DNA from: Azolla caroliniana
Lineage: Eukaryota; Plantae; Polypodiophyta
Length of the DNA stretch: 64,000 nucleotides
Reading direction: 5' to 3'
NCBI GenBank assembly: GCA_043228905.1
Contig: JBHGNT010000017.1
Location: 5,146,001 to 5,210,000, forward strand
Shown: piece by piece, positions 11,400 through 24,400 of the stretch
Layout: the number at the start of each line of letters is the position of its first letter
How positions within the stretch are numbered: the stretch's first letter is position 1
Made by a program: the position numbers and the translations under genes
The notes under the pieces: generated by a model
Database searches by the model: none
Told to the model about the DNA's origin: nothing
Seen by the model: only the letters and a program-made list of their open reading frames with translations

Positions 11400-14202
11400 A
11401 GTCATGGTTAGTACTAAAAGTACTCCCCCAGTACACGTCCTAGCACTTCTAGATTCAGGAGCTAATTCCTGTTTCATGGATTGAAATTTTGCCCAAGCTT
11501 CTCAGATATCTTTAAGAAAACTTCCTTGCCCCACATCTGTAGTAGTCATTGATGGTCGCCCCATTGCTTCCGGGAATATTGTAGAAGAGTCAGAACCCAT
11601 TCAAGTTGTCCTAGGTAGTTTTGTGTGTGTAGTAGCATTTAATATAATTAGTAGTCTAGAGCATCCCATTGTCCTGGGATTACCTTGGTTTGAATTACAT
11701 AATCCAGACATAGATTGGAGAACAAGAGAAGTCCGACATCAACAACCCCAAGAATCTACTCATCGAGTTTAGACCATTTCACTACGTCAATTACGCGAAG
11801 AAGGACACAAGGAGGCAATGTTCCTATTTGCAATATCAGTACAACCTTCCAACACTATTAAGGAGGAATCCTTAGTGCAACTTCTGGCGAAATATCATCC
11901 TTATGCCGATGTATTTGACAAGGTAAAAGCTGGTACTCTTCCTCATCATCGTCCCTATGATTGTCCCATCGATTTACAACCAGGATCAGAGCCACCATGG
12001 GGACCAATTTACAACTTGCCACCCACCGAGTTAGAAGTCCTTTGAGCCTACATAGAGGAGAACTTGGCAAGCGGGTTTATTCATCATTCAAAATCTCCGG
12101 CCAGTGCACCCATCTTCTTTGTCAAGAAGAAAGATGGCTCACTTCGTCTTGTCATTGATTACCGTGGCTTGAATAAAGTCACCATCTGGAATAGGTATGC
12201 ACTTCCTCTTATATCAAGTCTTTTAGAGCGAGTCAATGGTGCCAAGTTTTTTACAAAAATCGATCTACGAGGAGCATATAACCTCGTGCAGATCCGATCG
12301 GGAGATGAATGGAAGACCACCTTTCGCACGCGGTATGGGCATTTCGAATATACTGTTATGCCGTTCGGTCTAACCAATGCACCCGCAGTCTTCCAATACA
12401 TGGCAAATGATATATTTAGAGACCTCTTGGATATCTGTTTGATCATCTATCTGGATGATCTATTGATTTATTCGAAGACCCAGGAAGAGCATGATTCTCA
12501 TGTACTATTAGTACTAAAACGACTTCGCGAGAATGGTCTTTATGCCAAGCTAGAAAAATGTAGCTTTGACTGCAAGCAAGTGGAATTTCTAGGCTACGTC
12601 ATCTCCTCAAAGGGCATCTCCATGGATCCAGCTAAAGTCCAAACTATGCTAGAGTGGAAAATTCCACGGTCGGTACGAGATGTACAATGTTTTCTAGGTT
12701 TTGCTAACTTCTACCGCAAGTTTATACAGGATTACTCGAAGATTATTTTACCTCTCACACAATTTACGAAGAAGGGACAAGCATTTCTTTGGTCCAATGA
12801 AGTGGACATGGCTTTTCGGCATCTTATGAAAGCCTTTACATCAGCTCCTATTCTAGATGATGTAAATACAAACAAATCATTCATCATGGAGGGTGACGCA
12901 TCGGATTTCGCCCTTGGTAGCATCCTTTCTCAACAAGGAGATAAAGAAGAGTTACATCCTGTGGCTTTTCATTCGCGCAAATTCGATGCCGCGGAAATCA
13001 ACTACGAAATACATGACAAGGACTTATTAGCCATTGTGGATTCCTTTGTGCAATGGTGGCATTTCATAGAGGGCTCTCCACATCAGGTCATCGTCATTAG
13101 TGATCACAAAAATCTTGCTTATTTCCAGAATGCTCGGGTGCTAAATCGATGGCAAGCTCGGTGGGCTCAATTCCTCACGCGTTTTGACTTCAAAATCACA
13201 TATCGATTGGGGAAGCAGCAATGAAAAGTAGATGCGCTATCACAACGTTCATATCTTGCACCTCGTCCTGGTGATCCGGCGTTTGATAATCAAAAGCAAG
13301 TAATCTTGGGACCAACACGATTGCACACAACGCGGATTTTTCACACCCCAATGGATTCCCGGATTACCGATGCCATACATGCGAACTTGAAGACAGACAG
13401 TTTTGCTCAAGACATTCTAACGCACATTGATACCTCGCGGGCATCCTGTTCCCAATCTCAACAACTAGGTATGGACTACTGACAATTCGAATATCATGAT
13501 GGTTTGTTATTCTTTACAAAGCTTGTATATGTCCCCGATTGCTCCTATCGCCTTCAAATCGTCCAAAATTGTTACGACACCCATACGGCAGGACATTTTG
13601 GTAGTACTAAGACGTTAGATCTCGTTCAACGATCCTTTTGGTGGCCCCATATGCAATGTTTTGTCGACGACTACGTTCACACTTGTGATGCTTGATGCCG
13701 AGCAAAGATGCCCCGATACCATCCATATGGCTTGTTGGAACCCTTAGTGATTCCAAGTAAGCCGTGGCAGTCTATTTGTCTTGATTTTATCACAAATCTG
13801 CCGGTCTCTAAGGGGTTCGATGCTATCTTAACCGTCGTCGATCGATATACTAAGACGACACATTTTGTGCTGTGTACTAAGGCCATCACTAGTGTGGAAA
13901 CCGCCGCCCTTGTCATGCATGAGGTAATTTTCCATAGCTCTCTTCTTGAACCTTATAAAGCAAACACTATTCCCGATCGTGTTACACCACCGCCACCCCC
14001 GCTTGAGTTGGAAGCCGGCCCGGAGTATGAAGTTGCTGCCATCCTCGATTCCAAACTTGTTCGCAACAAACTTTATTATTTGATTGATTGCCTTGGCTAT
14101 AGTCCGAGCGAACGTACTTGGGAACCTGTCGAGCATGTTACCAATGCTCAGGATCTTCTTGCTGAGTTCCACCGAAAGTATCTGGACAAACCCGGTCTGT
14201 AA
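11400..14202 (+). pseudogene. pol: Chromovirus pol (PR-RT-RH-deleted INT-chromodomain)
   Basis: ORFs 11818-12045, 12064-13224 and 13708-14202; the jump VMHEV|IFHSSLLEP removes most of the integrase core. Confidence 0.9.
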
Positions 14203-17200
14203 TCAGCGCCGACTCGTTCCACTCGTAGTCTTAAGAGGGAGATAATGTCATGATATGGCAAGACTCGAACCCATGACCTTATGTTATATGGGTCGAGCTC
14301 TTGACCATTATACCATCTATTCTAATACGTAAGATATTATTTTCATTTAAGTTTTATTATAAGAAATTAATGTATATTCCAGACTTCTCTGGAACATTCT
14401 AGAAGCTTCAGGATTACTCCTGAGAACACTATAAAAGAAGGCACTAGGCATTATTTTGAACCAAATTGGTTCAACGCCAGTCTTAAGCCTCATAGCCATC
14501 TTGTACTTACTCTTCCTATAATATATCATATGTTATCATCATCTCTCTCTCTCGTCCTCACTATCTCTCTCTCTCTCTCTCTCTCTTCTCTTTTCTCCCT
14601 CTCGGGAGTCTTACGCAGTCTTGTCCTGTTAGTACTAATAGTACTTCCCTTCTCTAGTACTAATTCTCTCTCTGTTTAGTACTATTCCTAACAATTACTG
14701 CCAATTACTGATTAGTGGGATATGGTTGTTAATTATTTTCCTAGAAAATTATGAAGTTTTTCTATGATCTATTTGGACAAGTAAAACCTCAGATTGGTTG
14801 TTGCTTGATCCACATTATGTAATGGAACTCTATGATGGATATATGATAATATTATTATTTTGTTGCAGAATATTTCATGTTCATTATGTTGTTTTGTGAG
14901 ACTGTTCGCTACTTTGTGAGTGTGAATATGTTGGTGTTTTCTAATGTTGTAGAGTCTAAAGGGTTTGAATCTATTGCTCGATGGCGGTGTGGAAACTGTT
15001 GATGTTGTTGTGTCTTTAGAGGGTCCCATCTTGAAAGTAGATGTAACAACTAACACAAATGATCTGGGCACGCAAGTAGATCAAGCATGTTGCACAGAGG
15101 ATCTGATTTGGCAGGTAGATGCAACATGTGATACCAGTGGGCTGATATCGACTAGAGAAGTATCTACATGCACAGAGGTAATGCCAGGACCGATGACACA
15201 GTCGACTATACAAGAGCAAAACAGTGTGAAGCCAGACCCAATGATTGCACAACAACAATACGAGGTGAAGCAAGACCCAACGACACAGTCGACAAGGGGT
15301 TTGAAGAGGAAAAGGACACCAATTGTGTCGACAAAACCTGGGTTGATTGAAATTGATCGTGTGCTACCAATACTTGGTGTAACACATGCTCAATTACAAG
15401 AATGGAAACCTAAACCATTAGAAGACAAAGGAAGAGCCTTGATCGTGGAGCTTGAAAAAGTCCTGATGAGTGTGCGATATATGTAGCAAAATAGGGACAC
15501 AAATCAATTTCTAGAGTGGATTGTGCAATACTTTGATTTGTTTATTTGGAGTGAAAAACCATGTATAGATGTGTGGAAGTGTATAGAAAGATTCTTCACA
15601 AACTGGCGACAACATTTCAAGGGTGAGTGGACACAAGAAAAATGTGAGCAAAAGGATAATGCAAGATTCAAAAGACTTTCTGATTTTTGGGATACTTGGC
15701 CCAAATATAATACCGACAATACGTTTATTGTGGATACAGAACATTTCCAGCATTACTTCAACCTTCACAGATACTGTCTCATTGTACCCGAGGAAATGCC
15801 TTATAACTACTTGGTGAAAACATTGATGCCAACTAACTACATGGTTGTGGACTCCATACCGAGCTTGGTATGCAAATCATATATGTAGAGAAGTTCCACT
15901 GACCAGCAAGAGCTTAGTTGTTTATAGGTGCTTTGTAGACATTGCCAATGGTGTATTATAAATATGTAATTTGATGACAGATTAATTAAGAAATAATTAA
16001 ATCGCTTGTTTTGAGTAAATTATCTACTATGTAATTTTACGAGTAGGTACACGATTTTTGATTTCATGCTGCTACTTTTTCTTCGAATTAGGAAAACTGT
16101 TTGAACTTATACATGGTTCACTTGAGAAAGAAGACAGTCTCCCAAACGATTTAATTAAATTTTTTTTTTGCAATACATGTGCTCTGCTTGTTTTACAAGA
16201 AAAGTGGTATGATATCCTTGTAGCTACAAATTCCATGGCATATTGTTGTAAATACATTCATAAACATTAACACTAATTGTGTACATGAGCATCTATTGTA
16301 TTGCGACATCAGGACATTGATGCACTTGACCAAATGAGAGTACATGTACGCTACTGGTTTGTCTTCTTAAAGCCTATACACATAATCATAATAATCTAAT
16401 CTTGCATAAAAAATACCTTCTATGTAGAATTTCCCAACAGATACAATATTTTTCGTTGCACACAGTTTACGAACCGTGCACTTCAATATATAGAAATCAA
16501 CACCGTCTAAATTGCCTTCTTCTCCATTTATAGTGAAATTATCCCCAACATTTAAGACATCACTCAAAGTATCTCCACGTCCCTGATATGTGAAGTCAAC
16601 ATTTTTTTTCTTTTTCTCCATCAATTGCTTCCTTATCATTCAATGTATGGTACTCCCAATTTTGAATATATGCATTGTTTAAACAATACCCCCAATTTCC
16701 TTGCACACAATGGAATAAAAAACAAGTTAATTCTCTAACCGCAATACAATGACCATCCAACCTAGAATAACCCCGAACAACATGGAGAGATCGCAATTCG
16801 GGGATTCCTTGGCACTCCCAGGTCTTCTCCCTATTTACTTTATCTATTTTTAGTTCCCAAAATTTATGTTTGATATATAGAACCAACAAGGAATAAACAC
16901 CAGTTGCACTCGTTGACATATTAGCTCTTAAAAATTCGACTACATGTGCCGCACAATTCATATGCACAACATCTGCCTTTAGCTGTTCATGGGTAAGTGC
17001 TCGCTTTATAATTGCACTTGCTCCATCATGTTCACCTTTACCATGGCCAGACCAAAAAAAATCCATCTCATCTCCAAACTTGTTACAGAAGGATACCTCC
17101 TAACAAAATAAAATGGACGTCTCGCCTTGAATTGTGACGTAGCTCCGTCAGACCAAACCCAATGTTGAGTAAGCTCCAAATGTTGACATAATAACCTTTG

Positions 17201-20200
17201 CCAATGTAACTTAAAATAGTGTTGGACAAACAAGGTATCATGCTTCTTATCATCAGAAATAAAAAAATGGATTACTTTCTTAATATCACCTGAAACTCAA
17301 AAATATGTTATGTGCACAAAAATGGTTACTTGCACTGAACACTAATGCATGGATTGAATTTCATTCTACAGCTTGAAAGTATAATTGTCTACGAAATCTA
17401 CTACTTACATCATTTGGAAAATCAGATATGCAAGTCTTAAACTGATGGGTCTACCATGAATAAATGAAGTTGTGTTTAATGAACTTTCCTAGAGATACTA
17501 CAAATAGGGACGCCAAATCCCTTCGTTTAAGCGACTTCCTAACTAGATCCTTTCTTTTACATACCTTTCCTTCGAAATTGGTGTCCACAGACTCAAATAA
17601 CTTGACAGAGATGAATATTTCACTACTAAACTCTTTTGGACACCACCTAAATCTACTAGGGCCACACTCTTGACATAAACCCATGACACATTTATGACTG
17701 TGGAAGATAGCCGCAGATTCTCTTGGACACAATACTTAATCTAAAAGACCACTCATGGAAGAGATTACACAAGAAATGCGCGAAATATCGCTCGGCCACA
17801 ACCGAGTAGTGAAAATAGTTCTGTAAGAATCAAACACAGAAATGGGAAGTGGAGAGTACACAAGAAAAGGACACAGGATGTTTATGTGGAAAAAACCCTA
17901 ATAGGGAAAAACCACGGAAGCTCACAGACTCCGAACTATCACTATGAAGAGAAAGGGGTACAATCAGAGACTCGGAGGCAATGACCTCGAGCTTTGTTTC
18001 TTCGCACAGTGGCGGTTATGATAGAGTATCACTCTGTATCTCTCTCTCACTCTCTCTCTGTACAACAGTTACAAGAATATGACAACAACACAATCACACA
18101 CTAAAGTGATTGCCCTAAGTCATATTTATAGTTATATGAACTTAGGGCTATTTACAAATATAGCCTCAATGGGCTTATTCAAGACATATTTACAAATCTG
18201 TCTTCTCTTCCGGTTCTCACCGAGTCCACCTATCCGGTTTCTGGATCTCTTCCGATTCTCATCGAGTCCTCTTTATTCATCACCGGATCCCATCCGGAGA
18301 GACCGATTTCCCAACAGAGATACCCCTTCACTCCAGTATGGGATATCTTGTAAGTTCAATCCGCTTCTGGCATGCATCTAACTTGTTGGGTGATCAACAC
18401 CTTGGTCAGCATATCCGACCCGTTTTGCTCCGTGTGGATCTTCGTCAGCACGAACTCTCGATCTTCAACTCGCTCCCGGATCCAGTGGTACCTGTGCTGG
18501 ATGTGCTTCGTTCTGGAATGATATGCCGTGTTCTTTGCAAGGTGGATGGCACTTTGACTGTCGTAGTACAGCCGGTATTCCTCTTGCCGAATCCCTAGCT
18601 CTCCGATGAAGTCCTTCATCCATAATATTTCCTTGCCAGCTTCCACGGTTGCCATGTACTCCGCCTCCGTGGTTGACAACGCAACCGTCTTCTACAACCT
18701 CGACTGCCACGAAACGGCTCCACCTACATAGGTCCTGACATATCCGGAAGTTGACTAGCTGGTGTCCACATCAACTGACATATCCGAATCGGTAAAGCCT
18801 TCTATGAGGGGTTTACCGGAGCCGAATCGGAGGCACATACTCGAAGTGCCCTTTAAGTACTGGAGTATCCATTTTACCGCATTGCAGTGCTCTTTTGCGT
18901 GGTTGGTCATGAACCGACTCACCACTCCGACTGCATATCCAATATCTGGTCCAGTACACACCATTGTGTACATCAAGCTCCCGACCGCAGAGGCATATGG
19001 AATCTTCATCATATTCGCCTTCTCTGCCTTTGTCTTCGGGCTTCGCTTACCAGATAGTCTGTAGTTTGTCGGGAGTGTCGATCCAACTAGTTTTGCTTCT
19101 AACATGTTAAACCGCTGAAGCACCTTTGTCACATACTTTTCCTATGACAGCCACAATTGCTTCTTCGACCGGTCCCGGATGATGTGCATCCCCAATATCT
19201 GTCTTGCCGGACCCAAGTCTTTCATTGAGAAGGTCTGGTTAAGGGCCTTCTTTAGCATCCGTATCTTGACTTGGTCTCGTCCGACAATCAACATGTCGTC
19301 CACGTACAGGAGCAATATTACGAAATCTCCTCCATCAAATTTCTTCACAAACACGCAGTGATCGGCCTGCAGCTTGTGGTACCCTTGATCGGTCATGAAG
19401 GAGTGAAACTTTCGGTACCATTGCCGAGGAGCTTGCTTCAGTCCGTATAAGCTCTTCTTCAGCTGGCACACCAGGTGCTCCTTCCCTTTCTTCTCAAATC
19501 CTTCCGGTTGATGCATGTAGATCTCTTCTTCGAGGTCTCCGTGTAGGAATGCCGTTTGACGTCCAATTGCTCTACCTCAAGGTCCATGCTTGCCGCTATG
19601 CGCAATACCGTCCGGATGGATATCATCTTTACTACCGGGGCAAAGATCTCCTGGAAGTCCACTCCTTTTTTCTACTGGAAGCCCTTCACCACGATTCGGG
19701 CCTTATACCTTGGTGGATTTCCGGCGTCTCCTGGTTTCAGCTTGTACACCCACTTGATCCGGAGTGCCCTCTTTCCTTTTGGCAACTCCACCAATTCGTA
19801 TGTGTGGTTCTCATGCAGGGAATCCATCTCATCCTGCATGGCACTCAACCACTTGCGGCAGTGGGTGTCTCCCCTTGCTTCTTCAAAGCTTTCCGGCTCC
19901 CCCTCATTGGTTAGCAACATATGCTCTGCATTCGGAAATCTTCGGGGGGTTCTTCTCTCCGGGAGAGGATATCTCCATCCTTGGTTTCTGACTGCCGGTT
20001 CCTCCGTTTGTTCCTCGTCCTCATCCGAGTCGGGATCTTGTTTGGTTCCGGTGTCTTCTTCTGCTTCTTCTTTAGTCGGTTCGGTTTCCTGTCTGTATCC
20101 GGCAGTTTCGTCGAGTGTCATCCGGTTACCGTCTAACATCCGGTTTTCAACTGGGTATATCCTTTTGTCCTCAAGCCGGTTCTCAATGGATGATTCGGAG

Positions 20201-21451
20201 TTTGTTACCTTCTTCTCTGACTCCCATGCGGCAATGGTCCTGTCTTCCATGAAGACTATGTCCCGACTCTAGAACACCTTTCTGTCGACCAGAACCCACA
20301 CCTGGTAACCGAACTCATCATCGCCGTATCCAAGGAATATGCATGGTCGGGACTTCGAATCCATCTTCGCTCTCTTATCCTTTGCCACATGCACGTATGC
20401 GAGACACCCGAACACCTTCACATGCCGGTAAGACACATCCTTACCGGTCCATACTTTCTGCGGTGAGTCTCCGTCCAAGGGTACTGAGGGTGATCTGTTT
20501 ATCACATAGGTCGCTGTCGTCAACGCCTCAACCCAAAACATCTTGGGTACCTTGGCATGTGTGAGCATGCTCCGGACTCTCTCCATTATGGTTCGGTTCA
20601 TCCTTTCGGCCAACCCGTTTAGTTTTAGCGTCTTCGGCACGGTGAATTCGAGCTGGATTCCCTTCGACCGACAATACTCCTCAAACTACCCTGAGTATTC
20701 TCCTCCGTTATTTACTCGAACCGCTTTTAGTTTCCGACCGGTTTCTCTTTCCACTCTCGTGTGGAGCTCCTTGAAGACGGATAACACTTGATCCTTCGTC
20801 TTCAATGGTGAGTTCCATAGCTTTCGGCTGTGGTCATCTGTGAATGTCATGAAGTATTGCGATCCAGCAGGTGACTTTGTGTCAACTTGACACACATCGG
20901 TATGAACCAACTCCAGTGGTGTATTCCGTCTCATCGGTGGTATTGACTGGAAGGAGGTGCGGTTTTGCTTGCCGGCCAGTTAGTCGGTGCACTTCTCAAG
21001 TTGCACGTCTTCGGCAAGCCTCTTCATCCCCTTCTCACTCATGTGACATAGTCTTTTGTGCCACAGCTCAATGGCAGTGTCGGATGCTACGTTCACTTCT
21101 CCCCGGCATATCTGGGCATTCATCAAGTACAATGTGTTGACCTTTCAGGCTCGAGCCACTATTAAGATCCCTTTGCAGAACTTCATGACACCGTTTCGGA
21201 TGCTACCTGTGTAGCCTTCATGATCTAGCCGATCGGCTGATATCAGGTTTAGTTGAACCTCTGGAACGTGTCAGACATCCTTTAGCAGCAACTTGAATCC
21301 GGTTGATGTCGTCAACAACACATCTCCTATGCCGATAATTCGGCATGTCTCTTCATTCCCCATCCGGACACAATCGTGCTCACCAGCTGTGTAGGATGAG
21401 AAGCATTTCCGGTTCGAGGTAAGGTGGAATGACGCTCCGGAATCAACAACC

Positions 21452-24400
21452 TGTTGGGAATCGACGCTCTCCGATTCACCTTCACCGCTCGGCCACAACC
21501 GAGAAATCGCGAATCAATGCAGCAGAAAATAGGAAGCACAGAGAAAGACATGATAACACAGGGATTAACGTGGAAAACCCTATACGGGAAAAACCACGGG
21601 AGTGCAAGACTCCAAACCAAACTATGCACAGAGAAATATACAATGGCGAGCTGCAAGGCGACGACCTTGAGCTCGCTATCCTCGCCACAGGCGGCGGTAT
21701 TACACAGAGGCGTCGACCTCTTCCTCTCTCACGCTCTGTCTCTCTCTCACGGCTGCTCTCTCTTCACTCCTCTTGAGTGGAAAAACAGAAAAATGAGTAG
21801 CATCATTAAACCTGTTTGCCCTAAGTCATATTTATACACATATGACTTTGGGGCTATTTACAACTATAGCCTCAAGGGCCCTTGGCAAACATATTCACAG
21901 ATATGTCCCCGCATCCGGATCTCTCTCCGGGTACATTCGTCATCCGGCTCCGAAGCCGGGGTCTTCATCATCCGGTTCCGAAACCGCAACCGGGCTTGTC
22001 GGCATTCATCTCCGACATCCGACCATCCCATCCGAAGGGACCGTAATCCCAACAAACTCCCCCTTCACTTCGGCATGGGATGTCTCTCCAATCCGATCCT
22101 CTTCCGGCATGCTTCCAGCTTGTCGGGTGTGAGCACCTTGGTCAGCATATCCGACCCGTTCTCGTCCGTGTGGATCTTCGTCAGCACGAACTCCTTGTCT
22201 TCTATCCTTTCCCGGATCCAGTGATATCTTCGCTGGATGTGCTTCGTCCGGGAGTGATAGGCCGCGTTCTTCGCAAGGTGGATTGCACTCTCACTGTCGC
22301 AGTAGAGTCGGTACTCCTCCTGCCGGATACCGAGCTCTCTAATGAAGTCCTTCATCCATATTATTTCCTTGCCGGCTTCAATAGCCGCCATGTACTCCGC
22401 CTCCGTGGTTGACAACGCAACCGTCTTCTGCAGCCTCGACTGCCATGAAACAGCTCCCCCTACATACGTCATCACATACCCTGATGTGGACCGGCTGGTA
22501 TCTGCATCAGCCGACATATCCGAATCGGTGAAGCCGTCGAGTTCGGGCTTACCGGAGCCGAATCGGAGGCACACGTTTGCCGTGCCCTTCAGGTATCGGA
22601 GTATCCACTTGGCCGCGTTCCAATGCTCTTTGCCGGGATTGCTCATGTACCGGCTCACCACTCCGACTGCATATCCTATGTCCGGTCGGGTACACACCAT
22701 TGCGTACATCAAGCTCCCGACGGCAGAGGCATATGGTACTTTCATCATGTCCTCCTTCTCAGCCTTTGTCTTGGGGCTTTGCTTGCTGGACAGCTTGCAG
22801 TTTGCCGGGAGTGTTGACCCGACCGGTCTTGCTTCCGACATGTTGAACCGGTGAAGCACCTTTGTCACGTACTTCTCCTGTGACAGCCACAACTGCTTCT
22901 TCTTCCGGTCCCGGATGATGTGCATCCCTAGTATTTGCCTCGCCGGACCCAGGTCCTTCATTGAGAAGGTTCGGTGAAGAGCCTTCTTCAGCATCCGTAT
23001 CTTGACCTGGTCTCGTCCGACGATCAACATGTCGTCCACGTACAGGGGGAGTATTAGAAAGTCTCCTCCTTCGAACTTCTTCACAAACACGCAGTGGTCG
23101 GACTGCGTTTTGAGGTACCCTTCGTCGGTCATGAAAGAGTCAAACTTCCGGTACCATTGCCGGGGAGCCTGCTTCAGTCCGTAAAGGCTCTTCTTCAACC
23201 GGCATACCAGGTGCTCCTTCCCTTTCTTCTCGAATCCTTCCGGTTGCTACATGTAGATCTCTTCGTCGAGGTCACCGTGAAGGAATGTCGTCTTCACGTC
23301 CATCTGTTCTACCTCGAGGTCCATGCTTGCCGCTATGCTCAGCACCGTCCGGATGGAGGTCATCTTCACTACCGGGGCAAATATCTCGTCGAAGTCGACG
23401 CCCTTCTTCTGCTGAAACCCCTTCACCACGATCCTGGCTTTGTATCTCGGGGGGTTTCCGGCATCTCCCGGTTTCAGCTTGAACACCCACTTGTTACGGA
23501 GTGCCCGTTTTCCTTTCGGCAGCTCCACAAGTTCATATGTGTGGTTCTCGTGCAGGGAATCCATCTCCTCCTGCATGGCACTTAACCACCTGCGGCTATG
23601 GGTGTCATGCTTCGCTTCTTCAAAGCTTTCCGGCTCCCCTTCGTCGGTTAGCAGCACGTGCTCTGGTTCCGGAAATCTCCGGGGGGCCCTTCTCTCTCTT
23701 AGAGGATATCTCCGTTCCGGAGCTTCGGTAACCGGTTCTTCCTATTCTTCTTCATCCGAATCCATTTCGGGATCGGGGCCGGTTCCGGTATTATTTTCAT
23801 CTTCTTCGGCCGGTTCTGTTTCTTCACCGTCTTCGGCCGGATCCTCGAGTGCTAACCGGTCCCTTGCCGGTCGGGACTGCTCCTCGTAGAGTTGATCCTC
23901 ACCGGTCGACTTGGAGCTCTTCATCTTCTTCTCCGACTCCCAGTCGGCGAGTGTCTTGTTCTCCATGAAGATGATATCACGACTCCGGAATATCTTCTTG
24001 TCGACCGGGTCCCATACTCGGTAGCCGAACTCATCGTCGCCATAACCGAGGAGTATGCATGGCCGGGTCTTTGGATCTAGCTTTCCTCTCCGGTCCTTTG
24101 CCACATGCACATATGCGAGACACCCGAACACCTTCAGATGCCGGTAGGATACTTCCCTACCGGTCCACACTCTCTGCGGCGTGTCTCCGTCCAAAGGTAC
24201 TGAGGGTGATCTGTTTATCACGTATGTCGCCGTCGACATCGCCTCAGCCCAAAACCCCTTGGGTAATCCCGCATGCGCCAGCATACTCCGGACCCTCTCC
24301 ATTATGGTCCGGTTCATCCTCTCGGCCAGCCCGTTCAGTTCCGGCGTCTTCGGCACAGTAAACTCGAGCCGGATTCCCTTCGAGCGACAGTACTCCGCGA

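Larger units (their letters stand above)
9655..14693 (+). mobile_element. Full-span chromovirus with internal integrase deletion, TSD ATTAC
   Basis: LTRs 9655-10049 and 14246-14693; attac at 9650-9654 and 14694-14698; gag, protease LLDSGA, RT YLDD, RH, partial INT, chromodomain. Confidence 0.95.
9128..15900 (+). pseudogene. Transposon accessory gene copy B, spliced, with C-terminal FCP1/NIF-like domain
   Basis: Exons near 9128-9630 and 14953-15900 match copy A ORFs 38185-38484, 37517-38014 and 37097-37483. Motifs RALIVELEKVL...FLEWIVQYFDLFIWS...KRLSDFW...NTFIVD. Confidence 0.7.

Noticed and set aside
14965-15888. Host cellular phosphatase gene
   Set aside because: Present in both transposon copies at the same relative position and inside the TIRs of copy A, so it is element cargo.
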